64,000 bases of DNA, taken from NCBI GenBank assembly GCA_965224245.1, contig OZ245046.1, positions 3,392,001 through 3,456,000 on the forward strand, written 5' to 3'. The notes under the pieces are model-generated. The model was not told the DNA's origin. It worked only from the letters and a program-made list of their open reading frames with translations, and made no database searches. Positions 8,485-18,305 of this stretch are shown piece by piece (position 1 is the first letter of the stretch; every line of letters starts with the position of its first letter). The translations under genes were made by a program, and so were the position numbers. The stretch comes from Candidatus Eiseniibacteriota bacterium (GTDB lineage Bacteria > Eisenbacteria > RBG-16-71-46 > CAZAMP01).

Positions 8485-11256
8485 TCAGCGCAAGACGACC
8501 ACGCGCTCGGTCCGGACTCCCGCGCCCGAGCGCAGCATCAGGTAGTAGATCCCGGCGCCGACCGCGATGCCGTCCCGACCGTCGAGCGCCCACTCGACGA
8601 CGGTCGTCCCCGGCGCGAGGACCCCATCCACGAGTGTCCGGACGCGTCGCCCCCGGACGTCCAGCACGTCGAGACGGACCGATCGGCGGAGCGTGGGCAC
8701 CCGGACCCCGACGCGCGCGCGCGGGTGCGCCGGGTTTCGAAGCACGTGCAACGTCGGCGCCGCAAGCGACACCGACGTGCTCACGGTGCCCAGGACGCGC
8801 TGGCCCAGCGTGGAGACCAGCACGAGCACGTACTCGACCCTCCCCGGCGCCGCGACGCCGGTGTCCAGCGCATCACCCATCCGAAGGCCGGGCGTGAGGG
8901 CGTCCCAGGTCGCGATCGGGTCCCCGCCGAGCTCGTCCGTCCGCCGCAGCACGACGCCGACATCGGGTGTCTCGACGTACGCGCGCCAGCCGACGACGAC
9001 CCCGTCGGCACGGGGCTCGGCGCTCGCGTCGAGCAGGCGTACGATCGGGAATGCTCCCATCTGCCGGGCCACCGCCACCTCGCCCGCCGCCACCAGCGCG
9101 ACCACGTCCCTGCGCTCGTCGGCGTCGACGTCGGCGACGAAGGCCGCCAGCGGAGCGGCGCCGAGGTCGAAGCGCAGCGGCGGACCGAAGCCGCCGCCCG
9201 CCCCGGGATGCACGAGCACGGCGCCACCGGCCTCATCGGTCAGGACGAGGTCGCTCCAGCCGTCGCCGTCCAGGTCGCGGAGATCGAACGTGCGCGCCCG
9301 GACCGACAGGTCCGAGGTCACGACCGGGTCGAACGACCCGTCGGATCGACCGGGGAGCACCGACAGCACCGACGTGGCCGACCCGATCGTGACCACGTCC
9401 CCGATCCCGTCGCCGGTCGCGTCGGCGACGGCCAGTGCGATCGGAGATGGTGAGACCGCGTACGACGCCGGAGCTCCGAAGAGCCCGCCGGCCGCGGCGC
9501 TCCGCGAGGTGCGCATCAGCCCCGGATACACGAGGACGGCACCCATCTGGCGTGATGCCACGAGCAGGTCCCGGGTTCCGTCACCGGTCACGTCGTCGAG
9601 GAGCGGCGCGGTCGGGCGCGGCTCGGTTCCGAGCCGGGCGAGGATCTCGAGCGTTCGCGTGCCGTGCGCGCCCACGACGACCAGCGTGTCCACGCTCGTG
9701 CACGCGACGACGACGTCGGCCCGCCCGTCGCCGTCGACGTCCCCCACCGCCACGTCCCGGGGATCGCGGGGCAGATCGATCAGGCTCGCCTCGCGCTCTC
9801 CGTCCGGTGCGCCCCAGTAGACCCCGAGCTGTCGCGCGCGCGTGTGCGTGACGACCAGATCGGTGAGTCCGTCGCCGTCGAGGTCGTCGACGGCGATCGC
9901 CGTGGGACGATCCACGAGCGGGATCGAGCCGTGGGACACGTACGTCCCCGCGCCGGTGCCGAAGATGGGTCGCGCCTCGGGCTCGTCCTGGTCGGCGACG
10001 AGCAGATCCTCGATCCCGTCGGCATTCAGATCCCCGCGCGCGAAGGTCGCCGGGGTCACGCCCACCGGGGAGCGCAGCGGCAGCACGATGGGGTCGATCG
10101 CATCGAGGGAGCGCACGCGCGCCGACCACACCCAGCCGCTCGCGGCCGTCTCGCCCGGCGGCGGGAGGGTCGCGTGGACACGTACGTCGGCCTGGGTGAG
10201 CTCCACCCCCGCGTCGGTCGCCGGGCGCGGAAGCGGGATCCTGATCGGATCGGACGGTTCTCCGTCGGGCCGCCGCCACAGCGTCGCGATCGGCGTGTTC
10301 GCGTCCACCACCAGGAGATCGGACCACCCGTCCTCGTCCACGTCGAACACACGGAGCGCCGACGGCTCGGGACCGGTGGCCGTCAGCGCGGATACGGCGA
10401 AGGTGCGATCGACGGTGACGATCTCGTCGGTGCCGCGACAGACGACGGCCCAGCGGGCGCCCCCGTCGAGGGTCTCGATGTCGAGCGGTCCCGATGGCAC
10501 GACCACTCGCCGGTCCTCGTGGAACCCGCCCGCGCCGTCCCCGATCAGCACGCGCACCGCGTTGCCGAGGTAGTCGGTGACCAGGAGATCCACCTCGTCG
10601 TCCCGGTCGACGAGCGCCGCCTCCACGGACCAGGGGACGGGGACGATGGCAACGGCCTCGGCCGCCGCGAACGTGCCGTCGCCGCCTCCGACACACACCA
10701 CGATCGCGGCTCCGGTCTGATCGGCGGCGATCAGGTCCACCGCCCCGTCACCGTTCACGTCGGCGAGCACGGCGTCGTTGGGTCCTCGTCCGGCGTTCAC
10801 GTGCGTGACGAAGTCGAACGTCCCGTCGCCGCGCCCGGCGAAGACGCTGGCGCGGCCACCCTGACGCTGGAGTGCGATCACGTCGAGCCGTCCATCGCCG
10901 GTGACGTCACCCACGAGCAGTCGCCGGACCGGGTAGAGCCCACGGGCCTCCCACAGCAAGGCGAGCGGCCCGGTATCCGGACCGCCGAGCACCGAGAGCC
11001 CGCTCCGGTCGCCCACGAGGACCTCCGACCGACCCTCGCCGTCGAGGTCGGCAACCGCGATCGTCGTCGGGTCCGGGACCGCCACGAGCCTCGGTGCTTC
11101 GAGCGCCGACAGCGCGACACCTCGCGCGTCCGCGGTCCGGGCGATCGCGAGGAAGGTGACGGTCAGAGCGAACACCCACCCCACCGTGCGCCGGCGCGTC
11201 GGGAGGGATGCGCCCGCAACGGGCGCCGCGCGCACCGGCGTCACGTCGACCGTCAC
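8485..11256 (-). CDS. Secreted FG-GAP/VCBS-repeat protein with FlgD-Ig C-terminal domain
   Basis: Many D(L/V)xGDGxxD repeats; tail LDVRGRRVRTL...W.LDGRDG..VGAGIYY; GTGA overlap with the aminotransferase stop. Confidence 0.8.
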   Translation of the reverse strand: MTVDVTPVRAAPVAGASLPTRRRTVGWVFALTVTFLAIARTADARGVALSALEAPRLVAVPDPTTIAVADLDGEGRSEVLVGDRSGLSVLGGPDTGPLALLWEARGLYPVRRLLVGDVTGDGRLDVIALQRQGGRASVFAGRGDGTFDFVTHVNAGRGPNDAVLADVNGDGAVDLIAADQTGAAIVVCVGGGDGTFAAAEAVAIVPVPWSVEAALVDRDDEVDLLVTDYLGNAVRVLIGDGAGGFHEDRRVVVPSGPLDIETLDGGARWAVVCRGTDEIVTVDRTFAVSALTATGPEPSALRVFDVDEDGWSDLLVVDANTPIATLWRRPDGEPSDPIRIPLPRPATDAGVELTQADVRVHATLPPPGETAASGWVWSARVRSLDAIDPIVLPLRSPVGVTPATFARGDLNADGIEDLLVADQDEPEARPIFGTGAGTYVSHGSIPLVDRPTAIAVDDLDGDGLTDLVVTHTRARQLGVYWGAPDGEREASLIDLPRDPRDVAVGDVDGDGRADVVVACTSVDTLVVVGAHGTRTLEILARLGTEPRPTAPLLDDVTGDGTRDLLVASRQMGAVLVYPGLMRTSRSAAAGGLFGAPASYAVSPSPIALAVADATGDGIGDVVTIGSATSVLSVLPGRSDGSFDPVVTSDLSVRARTFDLRDLDGDGWSDLVLTDEAGGAVLVHPGAGGGFGPPLRFDLGAAPLAAFVADVDADERRDVVALVAAGEVAVARQMGAFPIVRLLDASAEPRADGVVVGWRAYVETPDVGVVLRRTDELGGDPIATWDALTPGLRMGDALDTGVAAPGRVEYVLVLVSTLGQRVLGTVSTSVSLAAPTLHVLRNPAHPRARVGVRVPTLRRSVRLDVLDVRGRRVRTLVDGVLAPGTTVVEWALDGRDGIAVGAGIYYLMLRSGAGVRTERVVVLR

Positions 11257-12575
11257 GGTATCGGGTGGTCTTCGTGGAAGCGCTGGAGGCGGAACGCCAG
11301 CGTGTCGAACAGCTCCTCGCCGACCAGCGAGACGCACGCACGAAGTCCCTCGCGCCGCGAGCTTCCGCTCATCTCCAGCGAGATCGAGCTGATGCCGTAG
11401 TGGACGAGCTCCCGGATCAGGTCCGCGCCGGAGTCGAACGTCGGGTACGCGATCGTGAAGTAGAACCCGTCGGCCAGCGGCTCGCCGAGGTCGTTGTCGT
11501 AGACGAGCTGAAACCCGTTCGCCGTGAACAGACGCTTCATCGCCTGTGCGCGCTGGGCGTATTGCCGGGCCGCGTCGAAGATCCGCGTCTCTCCTCGGTT
11601 GGCCGCTTTGAGGAGCGCCAGGAGCCCGTACTGCGGGCTCTGAGGAACGCACGACATGATCGCGTACAGGATGCCGTGCACGAACGCGTGGCCCACGTGC
11701 TCGGTCCCGCAGGACGCGATGAGGTTCGGCTCGCGTGAGGCCATCAGCTCGGGATGTCCGACCGCGAGCGCACACCGCTGCCCCGCGTAGCTGAACACCT
11801 TCGAGCTGGAGATGATCGACACCGATCGCGGCGTGTACCGGAGAATCGTGGGCTGATGAGGCGGCTCGCCGGGCCGGTAGTAGTTCTCTCGCGTGTCCAT
11901 CCCGAAGTAGGCGAGATCCTCGATCGCGAGCAGGCGATGATCGTCGCACACCCGCGCGATGCCCTGGAGCTCGCTCTCCTTCAGGCACACCCACGTCGGG
12001 TTGTTGGGGCTCGACCAGAACACCGCGGCCACGTTGCCGCCGGCCGCCAGCTCCTCGAGCGCCGCCACCAGCCGTTCACCGCGATGATCGTACAGGTCGA
12101 CCGAGACCGTGCGGAGACCGAGGAGCCGGGTCTGCATCTTGTTCGACGGGAAGCCGGGCTCCAGGAAGACGATGGTGTCCCGCGAGGGGTCGAGCCGGTT
12201 GGCGAGAATGAACGAGATGAAGCACCCCTGCATCGCGCCCACCGTCGGAAAGCACGACGACGGCGGGACGTCGAGCCCCATGTAGAGCTTCACGAACCGG
12301 GCGGCCTCGGCCTTCAGCTCGGGGATGCCGTCGTAGGGGCCGTACTGGTTCGTGACCCGACGCTCGCGAAGGGCCTGGATCTCGGCGTCGATGGCGATGT
12401 CGTCGGTCTGGAATCCGGGGATGCCGAACTCCATGTGGATGAACCGCACGCCGAGCTTCTGCTCGATCGCGCGGACGACGCGGTTCGTCTCGCGAATCGA
12501 GGCGCGCCCCACGTCGATTCCCTCGCTCTCGAGGATCGCGGCGATGGCGCGCCGGTCGAACGGTACCGGATGCAT
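11253..12575 (-). CDS. PLP-dependent aminotransferase class I/II
   Basis: SPNNPTW, EDLAY, SSSKVFSYAGQR. Confidence 0.88.
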   Translation of the reverse strand: MHPVPFDRRAIAAILESEGIDVGRASIRETNRVVRAIEQKLGVRFIHMEFGIPGFQTDDIAIDAEIQALRERRVTNQYGPYDGIPELKAEAARFVKLYMGLDVPPSSCFPTVGAMQGCFISFILANRLDPSRDTIVFLEPGFPSNKMQTRLLGLRTVSVDLYDHRGERLVAALEELAAGGNVAAVFWSSPNNPTWVCLKESELQGIARVCDDHRLLAIEDLAYFGMDTRENYYRPGEPPHQPTILRYTPRSVSIISSSKVFSYAGQRCALAVGHPELMASREPNLIASCGTEHVGHAFVHGILYAIMSCVPQSPQYGLLALLKAANRGETRIFDAARQYAQRAQAMKRLFTANGFQLVYDNDLGEPLADGFYFTIAYPTFDSGADLIRELVHYGISSISLEMSGSSRREGLRACVSLVGEELFDTLAFRLQRFHEDHPIP

Positions 12576-12665
12576 GACCTGTCACACTCCACGCGTTCTC
12601 GGGAATTGGTTGCGGATCGGACGCATCGACTATACTGCCGCTCGAGCCCCCGAGAAAGGACGCCC

Positions 12666-13307
12666 ATGTTCTTCGAGCAGCTGCGTGTCGGCGGTGATCG
12701 GAACTTCGGCTACGTGATCGGCTGCGACGTCGCGCGCGTGTGCGCGATCGTCGACCCCTCCACCGAGCCCGACGTGAGCCTCGGCGCGGCGCGTGACGCC
12801 GGTCTCGACGTGCGATGGGTGATCGCCACCCACGGCCATGCCGACCACGTCGCGGGGAACGACACCATCGTCTCGGCGACCGGCGCCAGGGTCGTGGCCC
12901 ACCCCGGCTGCCCGATCGGTCCTGACGTCGGGGTGCCCGACGGCGGCACACTCGACGTCGGTGAGCTGACCGTTTCGTTCAGATATACACCTGGTCATTC
13001 ACCGGACAGCCTCGTGGTCCTCGTCGAGGACGTCGTCCTCACCGGCGACACGCTGTTCGTGGGCAAGATCGGCGGGACCCGCACCCGGGACGACGCGCGA
13101 ACGCAATTCGCGAGCCTGCACGGCGTTCTGATGCGCCTGCCCGACGCCACCCGCGTTTTCCCGGGGCACGACGTGGGGGTGAGTCCCCATTCCACGATCG
13201 GCGACGAGCGGCGCACGAATCCGTTTCTGTGCCAGCCCGACTTCGATGCCTTCCTCGACCTGAAGCTCAACTGGGCGGCCTACAAGAAGGCGCACGGCAT
13301 CGCCTGA
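12666..13307 (+). CDS. MBL-fold metallo-hydrolase (glyoxalase II-like)
   Basis: THGHADH, TPGHS, TGDTLF, PGHD; AAAGGA RBS. Confidence 0.9.
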   Translation: MFFEQLRVGGDRNFGYVIGCDVARVCAIVDPSTEPDVSLGAARDAGLDVRWVIATHGHADHVAGNDTIVSATGARVVAHPGCPIGPDVGVPDGGTLDVGELTVSFRYTPGHSPDSLVVLVEDVVLTGDTLFVGKIGGTRTRDDARTQFASLHGVLMRLPDATRVFPGHDVGVSPHSTIGDERRTNPFLCQPDFDAFLDLKLNWAAYKKAHGIA

Positions 13308-13360
13308 GCCCGAGGCCGAACCGGAGCTCCCGGACCGGCCGACAGGGTGCAGGCGAATCA

Positions 13361-13389
13361 TTGGTCGAACGCACGTTCTGGGCTACAAT
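13361..13389 (+). promoter_or_regulatory. Putative sigma70 promoter
   Basis: TTGGTC-N17-TACAAT. Confidence 0.5.
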
Positions 13390-13507
13390 CAACCACTGTT
13401 CAACAGGTGTGGTGTCCGACTCTCGCCTCGTCGGGACCTCGCGTCAGGGGTCAACGCGTGCCCGCGGAGCGAAGTCGGGTCGATTCGTCAATCGTCAGGA
13501 GGCATTC

Positions 13508-14599
13508 ATGTTCAAGCGTGCAGGAGCTGCGCTCTGTCTCGCATCCCTCGTGGCCGTCGGCGCGGATGCAGCTGTGCGCAAGCCGATGATCGAGGAATTC
13601 TCGAACGTCCAGTGCCCGCCGTGCGCGACTCACGATCCCTGGTTCCGCGCGTTCTTCGAGAACCATTACGACATCCGAGGCGACATCAGCGTCATCACGT
13701 ATCACATGAGCTGGCCGGGCTACGATCCGTTCTATGCCAACAACCCGAGCGAGAACAACGAGCGCCGCTTCGACTACAACGTGAACGCGGTCCCGCACAT
13801 TCGTTTCGATTCCATCGAGCCCCCGAGCTATCCGTACGATCCAGCCGTGCTCGAGGCCGCATACAACACCGCGATGGTGGTGCCGTGCGAGGTCGGAATC
13901 GAGCTGAGCGGTCTTTGGACGGCCGGCTCGGGCTCGGGCACGATCACGATCGACATCACGCCCGAGGTCGACATCACGGCGGTCGAGCCCGAAGGGCTCC
14001 GTCTGTACGTCGGACTCCTCGAGCGCGACGTGGTCTGGAACGGCGTCGGCGCGTACGACCTGCACGACTTCGTGATGCGCGACATGATCAACCCCGCCGG
14101 TGGCGAGCCGGTGGATCCGCTCACGGGCGGCTCGCCGGCCCAGTTCAACTACTTCTGGGCCGCGGCCGATCCGGACGATCTCGCGGGTCCGGCGTGGGAC
14201 GACAGCAACTTCGTGATCGTGGCCTGGCTCCAGGACGGCGACTCGGGTGAGATCTTCAACTCCGAGAGCATCGCCGTGACCGACCTCGTGACGATCGCGG
14301 TCAACGAGACCGTCGGCGCGAGCACGCCGGGCCTCGGGCAGAACTACCCGAACCCGTTCAACCCGACCACGACGATCCCGCTCGTGATGGACGAGTCCGG
14401 CCAGGCGGTCGTTCGCGTCTACTCCGCCGACGGGTCGTTCGTGCGCACGCTGGCCAACGGCGTCCTTCCCACCGGCGCGACCTCGCTTCGCTGGGACGGC
14501 AACGACTTCGCGGGCAAGGCGGTGGGTAGCGGTGTGTATTACGTCCGTCTCGAGAGCCTCACGCACTCGGAGACGCGCGCGGTCACGCTGCTGAAGTAG
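13508..14599 (+). CDS. Secreted Omp28-related thioredoxin-fold protein with FlgD-Ig C-terminal domain
   Basis: Signal peptide; IEEFSNVQCPPC (CxxC), YHMSWPGYDPF, HDFVMRDM; tail QNYPNPFNPTT...WDG...GSGVYY. Confidence 0.85.
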   Translation: MFKRAGAALCLASLVAVGADAAVRKPMIEEFSNVQCPPCATHDPWFRAFFENHYDIRGDISVITYHMSWPGYDPFYANNPSENNERRFDYNVNAVPHIRFDSIEPPSYPYDPAVLEAAYNTAMVVPCEVGIELSGLWTAGSGSGTITIDITPEVDITAVEPEGLRLYVGLLERDVVWNGVGAYDLHDFVMRDMINPAGGEPVDPLTGGSPAQFNYFWAAADPDDLAGPAWDDSNFVIVAWLQDGDSGEIFNSESIAVTDLVTIAVNETVGASTPGLGQNYPNPFNPTTTIPLVMDESGQAVVRVYSADGSFVRTLANGVLPTGATSLRWDGNDFAGKAVGSGVYYVRLESLTHSETRAVTLLK

Positions 14600-14656
14600 T
14601 CGAGCCGACATCCAACGGGAGTCACGGTTCAGGCCGTGTCGCCCGGGTCGCATGGG

Positions 14657-14692
14657 AGCCGCGTCTCACGGTCGCGTGAGGCGCGGCTTTCT
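14657..14692 (+). terminator. Intrinsic terminator
   Basis: 14-bp stem AGCCGCGTCTCACG/CGTGAGGCGCGGCT followed by TTCT. Confidence 0.65.
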
Positions 14693-14749
14693 CGCGCCCG
14701 GCGCCGCGCGTCGTGCCCTGGCCCCATCCACCACGCATCCGGGTGCCCT

Positions 14750-15426
14750 CTAGGCGGCCCGCCGGATGACGGCGCGGGACGTGGCCCAGTGGTTCGCACG
14801 CGCCCGGGAGCGCTCGGCCAGGAGCGTGATCAGCTCCTCCCGGAAGCCGTCCATCGCCACGCTGCGCACGCGTACCCGCCGCATGCACAGGTCGTGGCAG
14901 ACGGTCGCGATCACGGCGACGAGGATGCCGACCGCGGTGGTCAGGAGCGCCTCGGAGACCCCCGTGGCGATCACGGACGTGCCGCCGGACCCGCTGGCCG
15001 CGACGTCCCGAGACAGCCGGATGATCCCGACGATGGTGCCGAAGAGCCCCATCGCCGGCGCGATGTTGCTCATCGTGCCCAGGATGGTCAGGTGCTTCTC
15101 CATCGACACCTTCTCGCGCTCGATCGTGGCATCGACGGCGCGGTCCATCTCGTTCCGGTTCAGCGAGCACGTGCGAAGGAGCGCCTCGCCGACCCGGCCG
15201 AGATACGAGCCGTCCGTCCGACACGCCTCCAGCGCGGCGGCACCGTCGTCGTTCCGGATGTGTGCGCTCAATGACGTGATCAGCCGGGAGCCGCCGCCGG
15301 TCCGCGCAAGGAACCACGCGCGTTCCAGCGCGAACATCACCGTCACGATGGACATGAGGATCAGGACGTCCATGACCGGAGACGTGTTCAACGGCTGGAT
15401 CCCATCGCCGAGCGAGCCTGTGCCAT
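14750..15426 (-). pseudogene. MotA/TolQ/ExbB-family gene, probably degenerating
   Basis: LGTMSNIAPAMGLFGTIVG and GVSEALLTTAVG are present; the ATG after the GGAGG RBS is out of frame and stops after 12 codons; no exbD follows. Confidence 0.55.
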
Positions 15427-15763
15427 CCCGAGACCTCCGATCGAGTGCGACGAGCGCCGTGCCTTCTCGGCGCCGAGCTGGGGCCAGGGGCCATGCGAGG
15501 GCCACGAACCCGGACACCGGCGCGCGCCGGGAACGATGCATGAGACGGGCCACCCCGGTCGGCGGAGCCCCGCCGTGACATATCGGCAGTGTTTTCAGGG
15601 GATTACGAATGCCGACAGGGGGGCGAGCCTGCGTCGGCCGGGTCCTTCGCCGCTCGCGGGGCAGGCGGACCGGAGTCGATCGAGGACTGCCGCCCCGCCG
15701 CCGAAACGGGCGGCTCGAAGCGCCGCAAATCGCCCGCCGGAGGCTGCTTCAGGCCGATACCGC

Positions 15764-15793
15764 TTGAGTGCAGCCGCCCGGACGCGGTATCAT
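15764..15793 (+). promoter_or_regulatory. Putative sigma70 promoter
   Basis: TTGAGT-N18-TATCAT. Confidence 0.5.
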
Positions 15794-15930
15794 TCTCCGT
15801 GCGTTCGGATGATGTCCTAAGTAGCAGGGACATCGGCAGCTACGCGTCTCGACACGGTTAGGCAAGGTTTTGGGGCCGCAGGGCCACCCTTCGGCCACAG
15901 AACACGTTCCACAACACGAAGGGGTTCCCA

Positions 15931-16707
15931 ATGAAGAAAGCGCTCCTCGGTGCACTGGCGCTTGGTCTCGTCGTCGTTCCGGCCCATGCTGCGAAGGAAA
16001 TGACGAACCTCGGGGTCGAGCGTGACAACGTCTTCACCGGTCACGTGATCGGCGACGATGGTTACGGCCCCGGTCCCGCCGTTCTCTATGGTCCGTCCGA
16101 AGGTGATGATCCGGCCTATCGCGCCGCCATCGCGGCGGCGGTCGCAGGCACGTGCGACTACTACGATGCGCGGGCCGGCGTCCCGTCGCTCGACCTGCTG
16201 TTGACTTACACGTGCGTCCACGTGTGGGCCAACTTCGCGTTCTTCGACAACGTAGCGTACGGAAACGTCCTCGCGGACTTCGTGGACGCCGGCGGCAACG
16301 TGGTTCTCGGTGCGTTCTGCGCCTACACGTCCGGCAACTTCCTCGATGGTCGCATCATGGATCCTGGCTACAGCCCGGTCACCGGTGGCTCGAACTGGTT
16401 CTTCGATGCGGCGTACGCGGGTGACGGCTCCGGCTGCGAGTTTGACGGCATCAGCGCCTTCAGCGCGACGTTCCGTGACATCCTGTCGCTCCAGGGCGAT
16501 GGCGTGCCCAACGGCACGTTCACCGATGGCGAGATGGCGGGCCCGCACAACCCGTCGTACAGCGTAATCTACGCGAACGGCTCGGGCGGAAGCCCGGTCC
16601 TCGGCACCGGCCAGATCGCGGACTGGGTCGCGAACAGCTGCCGTTGCTCGGGTGGCAGCACGCCGGTCGAGGAGATCAGCTGGGGCACGCTGAAGTCGAC
16701 GTACTAG
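15931..16707 (+). CDS. Secreted hypothetical protein with C-terminal SWGxxKxxY tail
   Basis: Sec signal peptide (PAHA-A); ends GGSTPVEEISWGTLKSTY; own promoter and terminator; frequent GGT/CGT/GTT codons. Confidence 0.8.
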   Translation: MKKALLGALALGLVVVPAHAAKEMTNLGVERDNVFTGHVIGDDGYGPGPAVLYGPSEGDDPAYRAAIAAAVAGTCDYYDARAGVPSLDLLLTYTCVHVWANFAFFDNVAYGNVLADFVDAGGNVVLGAFCAYTSGNFLDGRIMDPGYSPVTGGSNWFFDAAYAGDGSGCEFDGISAFSATFRDILSLQGDGVPNGTFTDGEMAGPHNPSYSVIYANGSGGSPVLGTGQIADWVANSCRCSGGSTPVEEISWGTLKSTY

Positions 16708-16791
16708 GACGGACCGACGGCCGGACTTGATCCGGCCTCACCCCACGGCTCGCTGCGGCGGCCGTGGAGGCCTTGCATCGACCGAACGCAC

Positions 16792-16822
16792 GGCGCTCCC
16801 GCTCCCCGCGGGAGCGCCTTTT
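16792..16822 (+). terminator. Intrinsic terminator
   Basis: GGCGCTCCCGC/GCGGGAGCGCC 11-bp stem followed by TTTT. Confidence 0.75.
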
Positions 16823-16970
16823 CGTGGGCGACGCTCTTTCCCCCTTTTCGCGGTGGCCGCCGGGCGGCCGGCGATGCGACCATCGGGGCCGTCCATCGCG
16901 CCCCCGCCACCGTGACGTGTCTCGACGGGCCCGATGCCGGCGCAATCACGAGACCCCAGGAGAGCCCAGC

Positions 16971-18248
16971 ATGTCCGTCTTGGAAGAGAGACTCGAGCGA
17001 TCCATCCCGGCGATGCGTGATCGAGCGCGCCGCCTGGCCGAGCACGGGGCCACCCCCATCGACGAGGTGACCGTCGCGCAGGTGCTCGGCGGCATGCGCG
17101 GCGTCAGGGCCCTCGTGTGCGACACCTCGCGGGTCGAGCCCGTGGATGGGCTGGTCATCCGCGGGCACCCCATCCGTACACTCGTGGACACGCCTCCGGA
17201 AGCGACGTTCTTCCTGCTCCTGACCGGAGAAGAGCCGACCGACGACGAGCTCGCCGACGTCCGCGGCGCATTCGACGCGCACGCCGGCGTGCCCGACTAC
17301 GTGTGGGACGTGCTCCGGGCGCTACCGGACGACGCGCACCCCATGGCGATGCTCGGGGTGGGCATCCTGGCCATGGAGCGCGAATCGACCTTCCGGGCCG
17401 AGTACGATCGGGGGCTCGGTCGTGACGAGCTGTGGCGTCCGATGCTGGCCGACGCCATGGCGTTCATCCCGCGCGTGGCCGAGCTGGCGGCCGGGGTCTA
17501 CCGGATCCGCTACGACCAGGGCGACCCCATCGGCTGGACCGAAGGGCTGGACCTGGGCGCCAACTTCGCGCGCATGCTCGGCGTCGCCGGCGCTTCCGAG
17601 ACGTTCGCGTCGCTGATGCGCATCTACCTGACCTTCCACTCCGATCACGGGGGCGGGAACGTCTCCAACTTCGCCGCGCTGACCGTCGGGTCGGCGCTCT
17701 CGGACGCGTACTACGCGATCGCCGCGGGGCTCAACGGGCTCGCCGGGCCGCTGCACGGGCTGGCCAACCAGGAGTGCCTGCGCTGGATCCTGGCCGTGAT
17801 GGATCGGTTCGGCGGCACGCCCACGCCCGATCAGATGCGACAGGCCGCCTGGGACACCCTCGAGCGCGGTCGCGTCATTCCCGGCTACGGCCACGGCGTT
17901 CTGCGCGGAACCGATCCACGCTTCGTTGGCCTGTACGAATGGGGAGCGGCACACGTCGGCGACGACCCGGTGTTCCGCACCGTCGCGGTGGCCTACGAGA
18001 CGATCCCCGGCGTGCTGACCGAACACGGCAAGGCCAAGAACCCGTGGCCCAACGTGGACGCCGGCTCCGGGGCGCTTCTGTACCACTTCGGTCTTCGAGA
18101 GTTCGAGTTCTACACGGTGCTCTTCGCCGTGAGCCGGTCGATCGGGATCGTCTCGCAGCTCACGCTGAACCGCGCGCTCCTGGCGCCGATCGTGCGGCCG
18201 AAGGCCGTGGAGTCGGAGTGGATCGAGCGCGCGATCGACGGCGCGTAG
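16971..18248 (+). CDS. gltA: Citrate (Si)-synthase, eukaryote-like type
   Basis: HSDHGGGNVS, NGLAGPLHGLANQE, PGYGH, KNPWPNVDA; catalytic His/His/Asp present. Confidence 0.92.
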   Translation: MSVLEERLERSIPAMRDRARRLAEHGATPIDEVTVAQVLGGMRGVRALVCDTSRVEPVDGLVIRGHPIRTLVDTPPEATFFLLLTGEEPTDDELADVRGAFDAHAGVPDYVWDVLRALPDDAHPMAMLGVGILAMERESTFRAEYDRGLGRDELWRPMLADAMAFIPRVAELAAGVYRIRYDQGDPIGWTEGLDLGANFARMLGVAGASETFASLMRIYLTFHSDHGGGNVSNFAALTVGSALSDAYYAIAAGLNGLAGPLHGLANQECLRWILAVMDRFGGTPTPDQMRQAAWDTLERGRVIPGYGHGVLRGTDPRFVGLYEWGAAHVGDDPVFRTVAVAYETIPGVLTEHGKAKNPWPNVDAGSGALLYHFGLREFEFYTVLFAVSRSIGIVSQLTLNRALLAPIVRPKAVESEWIERAIDGA

Positions 18249-18305
18249 GGACGGTCGAGCCGCTCTCGGGGGGCTCCGCCTTCGAGCGGCTCGGCGGTGG
18301 GCGGC

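Noticed and set aside
13392..13480. Structured leader of the Omp28-like gene
   Set aside because: An imperfect hairpin exists (13416-13478), but without further features it is not distinguishable from high-GC background.
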